IMG/VR virus record: IMGVR_UViG_3300021431_000104
Strand: one strand, 5' to 3'
DNA from: an uncultured virus (IMG/VR IMGVR_UViG_3300021431_000104)
Lineage: Duplodnaviria > Heunggongvirae > Uroviricota > Caudoviricetes
DNA: 23,433 nucleotides
A program made the translations under genes and the position numbers. This document shows, piece after piece, positions 6,758-17,052 of this stretch. The stretch's first letter is position 1; every line of letters starts with the position of its first letter. The notes under the pieces were generated by a model. It did no database searches and was not told where the DNA came from. It worked only from the letters and a program-made list of their open reading frames with translations.

Positions 6758-8962
6758 TTATGAAATTACCACATTTATATCTTCTGAAGGCATATCAAAG
6801 TGATAACAATACTTTGCATTACCTACTCCAGAAACATTAGAAAGACTTACTAATTCTCCAACTATTGTATTGCCTGTCTGAGTGCCAGTTACTGTTATTG
6901 AAGGTGCACTATCATTATATGTTATAATTGAACATCTGCCACCTTCAACCCAACTACTGTAAGCATGATAGTTAATAGAAGAATTTACGTTTATACTATG
7001 TAATTTGTTTATTTCTGCTTCTCCCCATGCTTTTAGGATTTCATTAGCAATATAGTGATGATATATATCACTTGGATGAGTGACTTGTCCCGCAGAATGT
7101 ATATAAAAGTATTCATTTTGTCCTGTAGCATCTAACATAGCGTCTCCTAATGTTTCCCAACGACTTGAATTATTCCAATATATATCTATATATGCTTCAG
7201 CATCATTATCTATAGATGCTTGCTTTATAGCTCTCGCGAGGTCTGTACCTGACTCATAATCAGGAGAACATAGATATATTTTAGCAGAACTTCTTTCTTT
7301 AATAAAAGAAATCAAATTTGAAAATTTACTATATGCACTGTTATATGTTCTATAACTACCAGGAATATTAGCACCTAATAGGATGATTATAACATCAATA
7401 TCGTCATCTACAGTTAGTATATTATCAAATATTGCATGTAGTGCTGTATCTGACTGAGGGGCATCTCGTTCCCAAGAAGCAGCGTTTACTCTTACAGTAT
7501 CACTTATATTTAGAGCGTCTGTTAAATTACTAATCCAATCAGTATTCATGTTAGAAGAAGACATTCCTCTGCCACCCCAGCCATTATCAGCTATATAGCC
7601 CCAAGAATGAGAAACAAAAAGAACTTTATTATATCTATTTTTTATCTTTTCTAATACTAATTGTTCATTTACTACAATCAATCTATATCTATTACCATTA
7701 TCATCAGTCAACTTTATTTGGTTTTGTAATGATGCAAGTTCTTTGTCAGTGTCATTTATTTTTTCTTCATTACTTTTGACTTGTTGTTCTACATCATCAA
7801 TCTTATCTGTTAAGTATTTAGCAGGATATTTAATTTCCCAACTAAAATAACAGCCGTAAGATTTTTGCCAAATAGATTCAATCTCATCATCTGCAATATT
7901 TGAATCTCCAGCAAGAACATGGTATTCTGCACTGTCAATTCTCTTTAATTTAACAGCATTTCCTACAATAAAAAGTTGTTGACCTTTTTTAATATTTATG
8001 GTTGTGGATAAAACATTAACACCAGATTCGACTGTAAAAGGGTATTGCTGTATTATATCTATATAACCATGTACTTCATCATATCTACATACTGCTATAT
8101 TACAGATACCTGCTGTATTAACATTTAATGTAATGGTATTTATTACGCCATCATCTTTTGCTTGGGAATCCCATAAACCTATGTAATTAAAATTCAAATC
8201 AGATGAAGTAGTACCACTATCATTTCCAATCTTTTCAACATATTCATCCTTTATTTTTAAGGATTTTGAACTGTCAAAGTTCTTAGTCTTAAAATGACCA
8301 TTCTCAAATCTTGCAAGAACATTACCATTATCATCCGTAATATCTAAATCAGACTCTCGTATATCATCTGCAACATCGACTGGAAGATTAGTAGCTTCTA
8401 AAAGATTAGTTTGTTCAACTTCTTCTATATTCCACTCTCCTGCTGTATGAGCAACTATAAACTTATATAATAACCCATCATATTTGATAATAGTGCCTAT
8501 ACTATAATCAGTGTCCTCATCAAATGCTTCAATACTGTCAATACCTATATTAGCGTTATTTTTAACAGAAGAAAAGTTCTTAGTTTGTATATGTCCGTTT
8601 TCATATCTAACAAGAATATTTCCTTGCTCATCAGAAATATCAAGGTCTGATTCAGCAATAGAGTTTGCTACAGTTGGAGTAAAACTATATACTCCACCAC
8701 TTTTAACCAGATTTTCACTCCCAGCAGTGGGTTCATCATCTGTAGTTAGACCTAAATTACTTTTAGCCTTCTGTTTCTCATCATCAGTTAGATTTTGAGT
8801 AGATTTTACCGAAAGGAATTTTTCTGATAAACTCCCATGTAATATATTAAGGAACTCTTCCTTAGTTAAATTAGTATGATTTTGTTCATTATAATCATCC
8901 AGATAGCCCTGGAGAAGTCTCTGGTCTATCTGCTCACAAGTGTAATATTTACTAGTATACAT
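6758..8962 (-). CDS. Modular spike/fibre protein: N-terminal anchor, internal repeats, CBM5/12-like motif, SGNH/GDSL esterase domain
   Basis: SGNH-like blocks KVLFVSHSW, IIILLGAN and VTHPSDIYH. CBM-like DYSIGTIIKYDGLLYKFIVAHTAGEW. Duplicated ESDLDIxDxxGNxLxRxENGHxxTKNFxS repeat. Confidence 0.7.
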   Translation of the reverse strand: MYTSKYYTCEQIDQRLLQGYLDDYNEQNHTNLTKEEFLNILHGSLSEKFLSVKSTQNLTDDEKQKAKSNLGLTTDDEPTAGSENLVKSGGVYSFTPTVANSIAESDLDISDEQGNILVRYENGHIQTKNFSSVKNNANIGIDSIEAFDEDTDYSIGTIIKYDGLLYKFIVAHTAGEWNIEEVEQTNLLEATNLPVDVADDIRESDLDITDDNGNVLARFENGHFKTKNFDSSKSLKIKDEYVEKIGNDSGTTSSDLNFNYIGLWDSQAKDDGVINTITLNVNTAGICNIAVCRYDEVHGYIDIIQQYPFTVESGVNVLSTTINIKKGQQLFIVGNAVKLKRIDSAEYHVLAGDSNIADDEIESIWQKSYGCYFSWEIKYPAKYLTDKIDDVEQQVKSNEEKINDTDKELASLQNQIKLTDDNGNRYRLIVVNEQLVLEKIKNRYNKVLFVSHSWGYIADNGWGGRGMSSSNMNTDWISNLTDALNISDTVRVNAASWERDAPQSDTALHAIFDNILTVDDDIDVIIILLGANIPGSYRTYNSAYSKFSNLISFIKERSSAKIYLCSPDYESGTDLARAIKQASIDNDAEAYIDIYWNNSSRWETLGDAMLDATGQNEYFYIHSAGQVTHPSDIYHHYIANEILKAWGEAEINKLHSINVNSSINYHAYSSWVEGGRCSIITYNDSAPSITVTGTQTGNTIVGELVSLSNVSGVGNAKYCYHFDMPSEDINVVIS

Positions 8963-8985
8963 ACGATTAAAATTTTATGGGGTTT

Positions 8986-9534
8986 TTAACTTTTTCCATA
9001 GAAGGGTTCTCCAGAAATATCTCCGAAGGTTATACCGTCAATGTCTGCAAAAGCATTATCAAACTCGGCACTAGTGATTTTTGTATCTCTATCTCTCCTG
9101 AGTATAATCTGGAATACTATGGGTTCATCTTTAGCTTGAGCTACCTCCGTATCTCCGTCTGGTTTATAAGGTATACCATTTATAATAAACCTATCTTCAG
9201 ACCAATTGAATTGAAAGTAACCCTCACTGTTTAAATAAGGTTTAACAGCAGATTTTGGGATAAGTATAACCAAATTCTCATCATCTAACTCTCCTGAAAC
9301 AGTAGCTTTGTTAATAGGCCAGTTACGAAATGCGTTATAATAACAAAGAGCTTCAATAACTACTAAGTGATACTTAGGATAACTATCTTCACCCATTGAT
9401 AACATTTGGTTAAGGTTCCTACACCAACCCACTGTTTGCCTACCAGAGTCATCCTCTAGAAATTTCTGTACGATATGTTTATATCTATCCCAATCTACGT
9501 TCCTAACATACCTAGAACGAGGTTTAGTTGCCAT
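8986..9534 (-). CDS. Putative head-closure (head-tail joining) protein
   Basis: 182 aa, directly after the adaptor. The beta-rich pattern DRFIINGIPY resembles head-closure proteins. Called mainly by gene order. Confidence 0.5.
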   Translation of the reverse strand: MATKPRSRYVRNVDWDRYKHIVQKFLEDDSGRQTVGWCRNLNQMLSMGEDSYPKYHLVVIEALCYYNAFRNWPINKATVSGELDDENLVILIPKSAVKPYLNSEGYFQFNWSEDRFIINGIPYKPDGDTEVAQAKDEPIVFQIILRRDRDTKITSAEFDNAFADIDGITFGDISGEPFYGKS

Positions 9535-10418
9535 TATTTATGAGTTAATACTGTTGGAGGATTAGGACCATCTAGACCTTTAGGATGCCTACGATTAACT
9601 ACTATAGGTACTCTAGTAGGTTTATAAGCATTATCACACATAGGTAAGAAGATCATTAACCTAGAAGCCAAATTACACAAATTCTTTCTCAGTACTTCTA
9701 TAATACCGTTTGGTTTAAGAGCTTCAGAGTAAGATTTGTATAAGGTAGATAAAGAATCTGATAATTCATCGAAATACTCCACTTCGGTAGGACCAGTCTG
9801 TATTCTCTTTACTCTACCAGTAGAACCCTGCTCATCTCCACCTTTATCCTCAGATTTATCCGAACTAGATGATTGGGATTGGTAGGTTAAGGCATCTATA
9901 TATTGCCCAGTACCAGTAAGTAAAGATATAATCTGCATATTAAGAAAATCCCATACTGCCAATTCCATTATTAGCTGGTTTTCTAGTCCCTCATAATAAA
10001 GTTCATTAGTATATTCTTCTAAAGGAATACAATGATCCACTAGAGGTCCTAAATATAACTGCCATTTTTGAATAAAGGTAACTTTCTGTTGTAAAGTCAT
10101 CCCACTATCTACTAGATTAGCAGGTACATAAAGATCTATCAGGTTATAAATAGAATCGCTAAGATGAGTCTTTATACCAGAATCCGAAACTAGAATAGTC
10201 TGAGATACATATGAAGGTCCATCACTACCAGATTCAGTGATAGTTAGGGTTACGATGTAACAGCCTGGATTCTCATAAGTAAAGGTTGGATTCAGTTCTT
10301 GACTTTCTCCGCCTTCAACACCAAAGTCCCAACCAATGGTTGCATCGGCCGGGACTTTGTTTATCACCTTAAAAGAAACTTCCAAGCCTTTCGCAACATA
10401 TACGAAAGCTAGGTCCAT
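9534..10418 (-). CDS. Putative head-tail adaptor with N-terminal PKD (Ig-like) domain
   Basis: PKD signature GLEVSF...WDFG...NPTFTYENPGCYIVTLTIT. The C-terminal half has VKRIQTGPTEVEY, typical of adaptors. Located just after the capsid genes. Confidence 0.6.
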   Translation of the reverse strand: MDLAFVYVAKGLEVSFKVINKVPADATIGWDFGVEGGESQELNPTFTYENPGCYIVTLTITESGSDGPSYVSQTILVSDSGIKTHLSDSIYNLIDLYVPANLVDSGMTLQQKVTFIQKWQLYLGPLVDHCIPLEEYTNELYYEGLENQLIMELAVWDFLNMQIISLLTGTGQYIDALTYQSQSSSSDKSEDKGGDEQGSTGRVKRIQTGPTEVEYFDELSDSLSTLYKSYSEALKPNGIIEVLRKNLCNLASRLMIFLPMCDNAYKPTRVPIVVNRRHPKGLDGPNPPTVLTHK

Positions 10419-10423
10419 ATAAG

Positions 10424-10819
10424 CTACTCTTCTGGTTTAAAATCTTTGATTATAACAGAAATGATATCCTTTACAGTATCAGTTTCTTCAACATCGATAT
10501 CATGTACCTTAGCCAAAGCCTTAGCCTGATCTACTGTAATATCCTTAATCATCTTGTCTATGGTAACACCCTTTTCGAACTGAGCCTTGAGCTTGTTGTC
10601 AAGTTTCTTAACGTCAGCCTCAGTAAGCTTCTCTACCTTCTGGTCTGGCTGTACCATAATGAGGTGACCTGAATTGAGTGCCATAGATATACGCCTAGAA
10701 CGCATCTGACGATCAGTAATTTCTACTTTCTCTCCATGAGCAATGGTAATACCAGTAGTTTGGTCGAAGAAGCCATTAGCTTTAGGACCAAGAGCTATAA
10801 AATAAGAATTTTTTGCCAT
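10424..10819 (-). CDS. Small capsid-adjacent protein with C-terminal HeH/Rho-N-like helical motif
   Basis: 131 aa; C-terminus ITVDQAKALAKVHDIDVEETDTVKDIISVII. Confidence 0.55.
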   Translation of the reverse strand: MAKNSYFIALGPKANGFFDQTTGITIAHGEKVEITDRQMRSRRISMALNSGHLIMVQPDQKVEKLTEADVKKLDNKLKAQFEKGVTIDKMIKDITVDQAKALAKVHDIDVEETDTVKDIISVIIKDFKPEE

Positions 10820-10851
10820 ATTATTATCCTCTTAAAGTTTAGATGGTTAGT

Positions 10852-10899
10852 AAAAACCAGGAACAGGAGGATTATTAACCAACCCTACCTGAACCTGGT
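10852..10899 (-). terminator. Intrinsic terminator downstream of the major capsid gene
   Basis: The minus strand reads ACCAGGTTCAGGTAGG...CCTCCTGTTCCTGGT TTTT, an imperfect GC-rich stem followed by a U-run. Confidence 0.65.
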
Positions 10900-10923
10900 C
10901 ATGAAAAAACTTATTATCAACAA

Positions 10924-12039
10924 CTACTCGAGATTTACAAGCATATATGGATCCTTATTCATGTACTCTGGGAAACCATAAGTACTGAATGCCTTGGTCT
11001 GGTCGAGTACAATTACAGAATCGTTATATATCTTAGAGAAACCAGTAGTAAGGGTAGCATATACTGCCTCGGTCTGATTAGATACAATTCTCTCAGACTC
11101 AAGCATAAGCTGCTTGGCAGTAAGCTTAACCAGAGCTGCCTTAGGATCTATCATTACGATGTCGTTAGCAGGTACTCCTGGATGGATCCACATATCTGCA
11201 GTGTTAGGTACTGGAGTATGGAGGTTGAGAGTAGCTTCGGTTGTACCCTGACTACGCTTCTTAAACTCATCGAGGTCGAGGAGACTAAGAGCTATATCCT
11301 CGGCAGAGATCATAGTAGTAAAGTTACGACCTATACGAGCACCACGGATCCATATACGAAGCATATCCTTATATGTAAGGGTATTAGCTGTAGTTACACC
11401 TACGATATCTGCAGCCTCTGAACCATCAGCCTTGTTACCAAGGAGAAGAGTATCAAGAGCCAGTGTATCAAGGGCATATCCGAGCTGAATACCGAAATCA
11501 CGGAGGTAAATACCCAGGATATCGATAGATACATAGTTACGTACCTCATCAGTGAGCTTAAAGCCCTTACCAATCTTGAAGAGAGTAACACTCTTCTGGC
11601 CAAATGAAACTGTTCCCAATGGGATGGTCTCAGCCTCATTTATCTTGGCAGGAGCAGCATCAGACATGTTAACCCAAGGCTGGATAGCAGTCAAACCGTT
11701 AATAGGCTGATCACCCTGTATGATAGTTGGGTAGAAAGGTGCCTCTCGCATACCCGTGGTGATAGCTGCACGGATTATCTCTGGAACAATCCAACGAATA
11801 TCCTGATTAGGCATATCGAAGATATTCTGCATAGTGTCTACCTTTGGATTCAGGTCAATCTTCTCAAAGAGAGCTGCCTGTGAGATACCCCACTTACTCT
11901 TTACCAGCTCCTCAAAAGAGATATCTACTGGCTTCTTATTCTGGCCTCCTGCACGAACACTTTCAAGAGAAAGGACCATGTCCTTAAATTCTTTCTTAAA
12001 GTCGTTGGCCTTCATTTTTGTAATATCTATACCTTCCAT
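10924..12039 (-). CDS. Major capsid protein (HK97 fold)
   Basis: 371 aa, after the protease and decoration genes. Motifs WIVPEII, INEAETIP and KIGKGFKLTDE. Codon usage suggests high expression, and a terminator follows. Confidence 0.85.
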   Translation of the reverse strand: MEGIDITKMKANDFKKEFKDMVLSLESVRAGGQNKKPVDISFEELVKSKWGISQAALFEKIDLNPKVDTMQNIFDMPNQDIRWIVPEIIRAAITTGMREAPFYPTIIQGDQPINGLTAIQPWVNMSDAAPAKINEAETIPLGTVSFGQKSVTLFKIGKGFKLTDEVRNYVSIDILGIYLRDFGIQLGYALDTLALDTLLLGNKADGSEAADIVGVTTANTLTYKDMLRIWIRGARIGRNFTTMISAEDIALSLLDLDEFKKRSQGTTEATLNLHTPVPNTADMWIHPGVPANDIVMIDPKAALVKLTAKQLMLESERIVSNQTEAVYATLTTGFSKIYNDSVIVLDQTKAFSTYGFPEYMNKDPYMLVNLE

Positions 12040-12058
12040 TATTATAAAATATTAGGGT

Positions 12059-12541
12059 TTAACGTACAAGAACTGGTACCAACTCAACCTCGCCTCCTGA
12101 AGGAGCAGAAGCTGGAGCCAAAGCAATAAACTTACTCTCTGCTCCAGAGGTAGTGTTAGTACAATTAGGATAACGATTATTAAACAGAGTACCATCTGGT
12201 TTTACATAACCAGGAGTAATAGCAGCCTTAGCAGCCCAGTAACAAATCATGTAACCTTCTACTGCTACGGTAACCTCGATAGGATACTCTCTCTGACCAG
12301 CATAAGCAGGTGTTACACTATCGGTAACTGCAACACCAAGATAAACCTGATTCTCAGCTCCGGTATAAGCAATAAGCTTACCGGTATTATCCAAAGCTAC
12401 TGGCATACCCTGAACAATAGTTACATTTGCGGCAACATTAAAAGCCTGATGAAGTTTGTGGGATTCATGCTTGTAAATTGAAACTCTAGGAGTCTTCTGT
12501 CCATAGAGAGTCAGCTTATCCCCAGCCTGTACAATATTCAT
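12059..12541 (-). CDS. Capsid decoration/cement protein
   Basis: 160-aa Ala/Val/Gly-rich beta protein (GMPVAL...YLGVAV...VTVAVEG) between the protease and the MCP. Confidence 0.7.
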   Translation of the reverse strand: MNIVQAGDKLTLYGQKTPRVSIYKHESHKLHQAFNVAANVTIVQGMPVALDNTGKLIAYTGAENQVYLGVAVTDSVTPAYAGQREYPIEVTVAVEGYMICYWAAKAAITPGYVKPDGTLFNNRYPNCTNTTSGAESKFIALAPASAPSGGEVELVPVLVR

Positions 12542-12561
12542 ATTATTTAATTTAAATTAAG

Positions 12562-14058
12562 TTATGAAAGTTTACTCTTGTAAAGAGAATCGATGGATGA
12601 TTCTGTTGAATGAGGATCTTCCTGGTTCTGTGTAGTAGCACTACCATTGCCCTCCTGAGCAGAGGAAGCTCGGTTAATGTCATGAGAACCACATTTAGCA
12701 CACTTGAGAGGGAATTTCTCATTAAGACGGGTTTCATAATCCTTCTTAAGAGAAAGCAGAGTCTGAAGACCTGTAGTCTCAGCATTGATCATCGTAACGA
12801 TGGTCTCATCTACCTGATCTCCATTCAACTTCTTGTAAGCTGTTACAGTAGCCTCACGGAGTGAAGCAATGTGATTCTTACCTACAGTTGCCATCTCCTT
12901 AAGATTGGCAATCTCTGTGTCCTTGGTAGCCACTGAGTCTTTCAAGGACTTAATCTCATTGTCCTTAGTAGTAATCTGCTCCTTCAAAGAGTTAAGTTCA
13001 CTAAGAGAAGTCTTTACCATCTGCAAAGCAAGCTCTTCACTAATTTCCTGGCCCTCACTGAGCTGAAGCATGTCATTACCAAAAAGCTTTTCGAGAAATT
13101 CTTTGAGTTCTTGGTTCATGTTAGAATTATTTTTTGGTTCGTAAATATTTGGATCCTTATTAACTAAACGTAGAGTATCGTCCTTTTGTTTATCTTGTTC
13201 TATTAACTCTTTTGAATCTTTGAAAGCGTATACCTTTGGAGCTTCTTTGAGGTATTCAGAATAGCTGTTCCAAGTCCTATTTGCAAAACCGGGGTTTACT
13301 ATCTTACCGTCTTCTCCTGTCTTTTGAGCATAAGGATCAGCTCCATGAGATACTAAAGAAGTTTCTAAGTAACGTACAATATGGGTAACTATTCTCCTAA
13401 TCATGTTACCCTTAGAATCGTAAGTACCAATCTTGTCCCAGAATTCCTGGTCATCCATTTCAGGATGAGATTTATCCCAAGTAAATTGTACTGTTACAGA
13501 ATTACTGTGTATAGAGGGTGGTTCCATAAGAATACCTCTAGCAATTCTAGGATTAGCTTTACCATCTATCTTAAGTACTCCATTCATACCAGCAGGAATA
13601 AGGATATTACCATCCTTATAAGCCTCTTGCCACATCACCTTAGATACAGCACCAATGGCATTACCAATGTCAGTCTCATGATCACAGTTTACTGTTTGGC
13701 CTAACATTAGTTTAATAGAGTTCTTTAAAACATTACCCTGACCAAAGTCTGTAGGCATCCAATTTTTGCTTACTATGGTAGCCGACAAGAGTCTAAAGAC
13801 TGGTTCAATAAATTCTTCTTCCTTTGGTTTTAAGTCTTCCTCTTTGAGCTCAGGATAATAAGTGTGGTAGTTTATATTACCACCAAATAGTCCAAGCTGT
13901 TGAATTGATTCTTGAGTTGGCTTATGCCACTCATAGAACTTCTCATTAAATTCTTGAGCATCTATTGGGTCTGGCAAATTACCAACCAAAATAGAATGAC
14001 CCTGACCAATTATCATTGAATCAGTACGCTCAGGATTTTTGTGTAAAATAATGGGCAT
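12562..14058 (-). CDS. Prohead protease fused to coiled-coil scaffold
   Basis: Protease-like NCDHE...IG, SNSV and LETSLVSHGADP motifs. C-terminal heptads. Lies between the portal and the MCP. Confidence 0.75.
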   Translation of the reverse strand: MPIILHKNPERTDSMIIGQGHSILVGNLPDPIDAQEFNEKFYEWHKPTQESIQQLGLFGGNINYHTYYPELKEEDLKPKEEEFIEPVFRLLSATIVSKNWMPTDFGQGNVLKNSIKLMLGQTVNCDHETDIGNAIGAVSKVMWQEAYKDGNILIPAGMNGVLKIDGKANPRIARGILMEPPSIHSNSVTVQFTWDKSHPEMDDQEFWDKIGTYDSKGNMIRRIVTHIVRYLETSLVSHGADPYAQKTGEDGKIVNPGFANRTWNSYSEYLKEAPKVYAFKDSKELIEQDKQKDDTLRLVNKDPNIYEPKNNSNMNQELKEFLEKLFGNDMLQLSEGQEISEELALQMVKTSLSELNSLKEQITTKDNEIKSLKDSVATKDTEIANLKEMATVGKNHIASLREATVTAYKKLNGDQVDETIVTMINAETTGLQTLLSLKKDYETRLNEKFPLKCAKCGSHDINRASSAQEGNGSATTQNQEDPHSTESSIDSLYKSKLS

Positions 14059-14061
14059 AAT

Positions 14062-15552
14062 TTATCTTGGATTAGTTTTTTGATCTCCTCTTTTTGGAGT
14101 AGTTTTAGCTTTATCTCTAGTTCTACGAGCAGATTTATTCTCGTTATCTTGATCCTTCTTCTTCTTAGCTGGATCATCAGGATCATAGTTAGTATTATCC
14201 TTTACACCAGCTTGATCTTCTGGGTCAACTCTTGGCTCAGCCTGATCAGGAGAGTCATAACCCATTTCCCAAGCATATTGGGATTGACCTATGATACCAT
14301 CACGATATAGAGCATTAAGATTAGCTATCTTGTACTGTAAAGCCTGTTGAACTTTAACATCATCGGCTATAGTAGAGGTAGCCCAAGTAATCTTTATACC
14401 CTTATTATTAAAGCCAGCTAAACGAAGCTCTAAGTTATAAATAAACTCCAGAACATAGGATATTATGGACTGAATATTACGGAGTTGGGATATCATCTTA
14501 GACAATATAATACCCATACCTCCTTCTGTATTAGTTCCACTAACTCCTATAATATTACCGTTGATACCTAGACCATTAGCTACTCTCTGCTGATTGAGAT
14601 TCCATAGTTTATCAGCACTACCAAGATCTTTAGAGGTAGAAGTCATGTTAAACTCGTGGTCATCAAGATAACCGACTACCAAACCATCATTCATACCCTC
14701 TTTGAGATTTCTCTTGGCTTTAAGTAGGGTACTGTTTAACCTGTTCTCATAAGCTCTGTTATTCTCATTTGGCAAAGGATCTGGTTTAGCTATAGAGGCA
14801 GATAAGAAACCTAAGAAACCCATCTGTTCCATGATATGCTTAAAATTAGTCATCATATCATGTTGACCCTTGATAGAATCTAAAGCAGACATAAACGGTG
14901 GTATTCCATAGGGTTCATCGGTATCATTATACATACCAGCATATACATAGGTTTCGGTGTTTAACTTGATATAATCAAGGTTCTTTACCATGTAGTTTTC
15001 ATTACGCTGATATGGTTGATATACACCGTTGTTCTCTCTCTTAAATAGTATGTTATCTGGTTTAAGGAAGAGTATAGTAGCTAGACCATCAAGGTCATTA
15101 TTAGGTACACCTTCTATAGAAACAGCACCTCCAACACAAAGTTGAACAATCATCTTGTTTACAAGTCCATCTATACCTGCAGAATAAGATGACCATCCTC
15201 TAGAAGCTTTCTTTAGATGATTCCTCATACTTTCGGCTTCTTTATCCGTGTTATTTGGAAAGGTTATCATATGTCCAGTATTAGCCAGTTTAAAGGTTTC
15301 CTGAATAGCTATAGCCATATCTGGGTTAACCTTGTATAACTTACGTATTAACTGGATTACCTCAGTTCTAAATGAGGGAGTTACCATACTGGTAAGACCA
15401 TATAAAGTAGAGGTAAAATTTGTAGAATCCTCAGGAACTGAAACTCTTCCTGGAGATATTGAAGATACCTTAGGTTTTCTTTCTTTGTTAGATTCTTGAG
15501 GTGGAGACTTAACCGACTGAGGTTTATTTCTCCAAAATTTAAAAACATTCAT
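14062..15552 (-). CDS. Portal protein
   Basis: 496 aa, overlapping the TerL stop by ATGA. PYGIPP motif and a charged disordered C-tail. Confidence 0.85.
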   Translation of the reverse strand: MNVFKFWRNKPQSVKSPPQESNKERKPKVSSISPGRVSVPEDSTNFTSTLYGLTSMVTPSFRTEVIQLIRKLYKVNPDMAIAIQETFKLANTGHMITFPNNTDKEAESMRNHLKKASRGWSSYSAGIDGLVNKMIVQLCVGGAVSIEGVPNNDLDGLATILFLKPDNILFKRENNGVYQPYQRNENYMVKNLDYIKLNTETYVYAGMYNDTDEPYGIPPFMSALDSIKGQHDMMTNFKHIMEQMGFLGFLSASIAKPDPLPNENNRAYENRLNSTLLKAKRNLKEGMNDGLVVGYLDDHEFNMTSTSKDLGSADKLWNLNQQRVANGLGINGNIIGVSGTNTEGGMGIILSKMISQLRNIQSIISYVLEFIYNLELRLAGFNNKGIKITWATSTIADDVKVQQALQYKIANLNALYRDGIIGQSQYAWEMGYDSPDQAEPRVDPEDQAGVKDNTNYDPDDPAKKKKDQDNENKSARRTRDKAKTTPKRGDQKTNPR

Positions 15553-17048
15553 TTTGGTTGTACTACTATATTGGTTTTACTCTTTCGAATATGATTACAA
15601 ATGGCTTTACCAAAAATGTCGTCATCGGCATATACCAAATCGGTATCTCCCTCATCAGCAGCTTGAGTATTTAACCTATGCTTACCCATAGCTACTGGTC
15701 TACCAAGAGAATCATATATAAAGGTATAAGCCTCTTGTACAAAGAATGGGTCTTTTATAATCAGATTATTTTCTCGTACATCCTCTTCAAGGTTCTCAAT
15801 GATGATAGTTCTGTTCTTAGTAGTAGTAAGCCATCCAGGAGAAGCATCTACTTCGGGTTTACGTTTACCCTTTTTCTTTAAAAGCTTCTGGTAGTAATAC
15901 AGTCGAGGGTAACCTTCAGTTTGTAATTTAGAAGTAACTGCCAAGCCTACATCATTTGATTCAGGAGCTAATAAAGCCCAGTTAAATAACCTACCGGTAT
16001 CTCCCAATAACTGGGCATATTTATCTACTGGTATACGACCCTTATAAACGCATTGTTCTTCTCCAGATTTATCCATACAGGTGAAAGATGAGTAGTCAGT
16101 AGATCTACCAGTTGAAACGTCGGCTCCTATGAAGTATTCTGTATTCCTTTTGGGTTTATTGAACTGTCTATACTGACCATTCATACGTTTGATTATTGCA
16201 GGATAGTCTGTTAAACAATCTTCAATAGCCTTGATATCAGTTAGGTCGAATACAGTATTACCAGAACCTAAGAAGTCTCCATCTATCTCTTGGGCAGTTC
16301 TACGTGCACCCAAGTTCTTAGACATAGTCTGATACCACTTATCATCTCGTTCTGGGTGCATTCGCCAATATAATCTCAGAGGGTTAAACTCATTGGCATG
16401 AGCCATAGCATCTACCCAAGTAGAATGATAGAAGTTGCCCATTCCCAATGGCGTACTGTTCACTATAGCAGAACCACCAGTTGATAGAGTAGGAAGAGCT
16501 GCAGCCCATATTTGCCCAGCCCATCTTACCATAGCTGCCTCATCTATTACCAACAATGTAAGAGATTCTGAACGACCTGCTTCTGGAGAAGTAGGTATGG
16601 ATTCAATGAATGATCCATTAGCAAACTCCATAGTACTAGCTGAGCCATATTCTCCTGAACGACCATTTATTATAGGTGTTTGCATATACCAAGGTAGATT
16701 CTTATACATATACTTGATCTTCCTTAGTACCTTCTTAGCTACCGTATCCTTGATAGAGATAATGTTTATCTTCTTATTATCATGGAACATAGCTAACCAA
16801 AGGCAGTACATAGAGATTAACTCAGTAATACCAGCTTGCCTAAACTTAAGGATAATATTAAACCTTTGAAGGACAAACTGGTAAAGTACGGATTTTTGGT
16901 AAGGATATAAGTAAAAATGGGTTTTACCTCTTACTGGATGTATTACATAGCAGAAAGTACTAAAAAAGAAAACATCATTAGCTACTCTAGCTAAGTTCTG
17001 AAGTTCTCCTTTGGTCAAACTGCCAGGACTTTCTATTTTCTTTGCCAT
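15549..17048 (-). CDS. terL: Terminase large subunit
   Basis: LYPYQ adenine-binding motif, Walker A-like KFRQAGIT, Walker B LLVIDEAA, coupling motif NSTPLG, RNase H nuclease IGADVSTG...D and a C-terminal DDD. Confidence 0.93.
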   Translation of the reverse strand: MAKKIESPGSLTKGELQNLARVANDVFFFSTFCYVIHPVRGKTHFYLYPYQKSVLYQFVLQRFNIILKFRQAGITELISMYCLWLAMFHDNKKINIISIKDTVAKKVLRKIKYMYKNLPWYMQTPIINGRSGEYGSASTMEFANGSFIESIPTSPEAGRSESLTLLVIDEAAMVRWAGQIWAAALPTLSTGGSAIVNSTPLGMGNFYHSTWVDAMAHANEFNPLRLYWRMHPERDDKWYQTMSKNLGARRTAQEIDGDFLGSGNTVFDLTDIKAIEDCLTDYPAIIKRMNGQYRQFNKPKRNTEYFIGADVSTGRSTDYSSFTCMDKSGEEQCVYKGRIPVDKYAQLLGDTGRLFNWALLAPESNDVGLAVTSKLQTEGYPRLYYYQKLLKKKGKRKPEVDASPGWLTTTKNRTIIIENLEEDVRENNLIIKDPFFVQEAYTFIYDSLGRPVAMGKHRLNTQAADEGDTDLVYADDDIFGKAICNHIRKSKTNIVVQPK

Positions 17049-17052
17049 ATCT

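Noticed and set aside
8269..8653. Duplicated segment in the spike gene as a possible DGR template/variable repeat pair
   Set aside because: Both copies are in-frame coding repeats, the differences are not adenine-specific, and there is no reverse transcriptase in the window.
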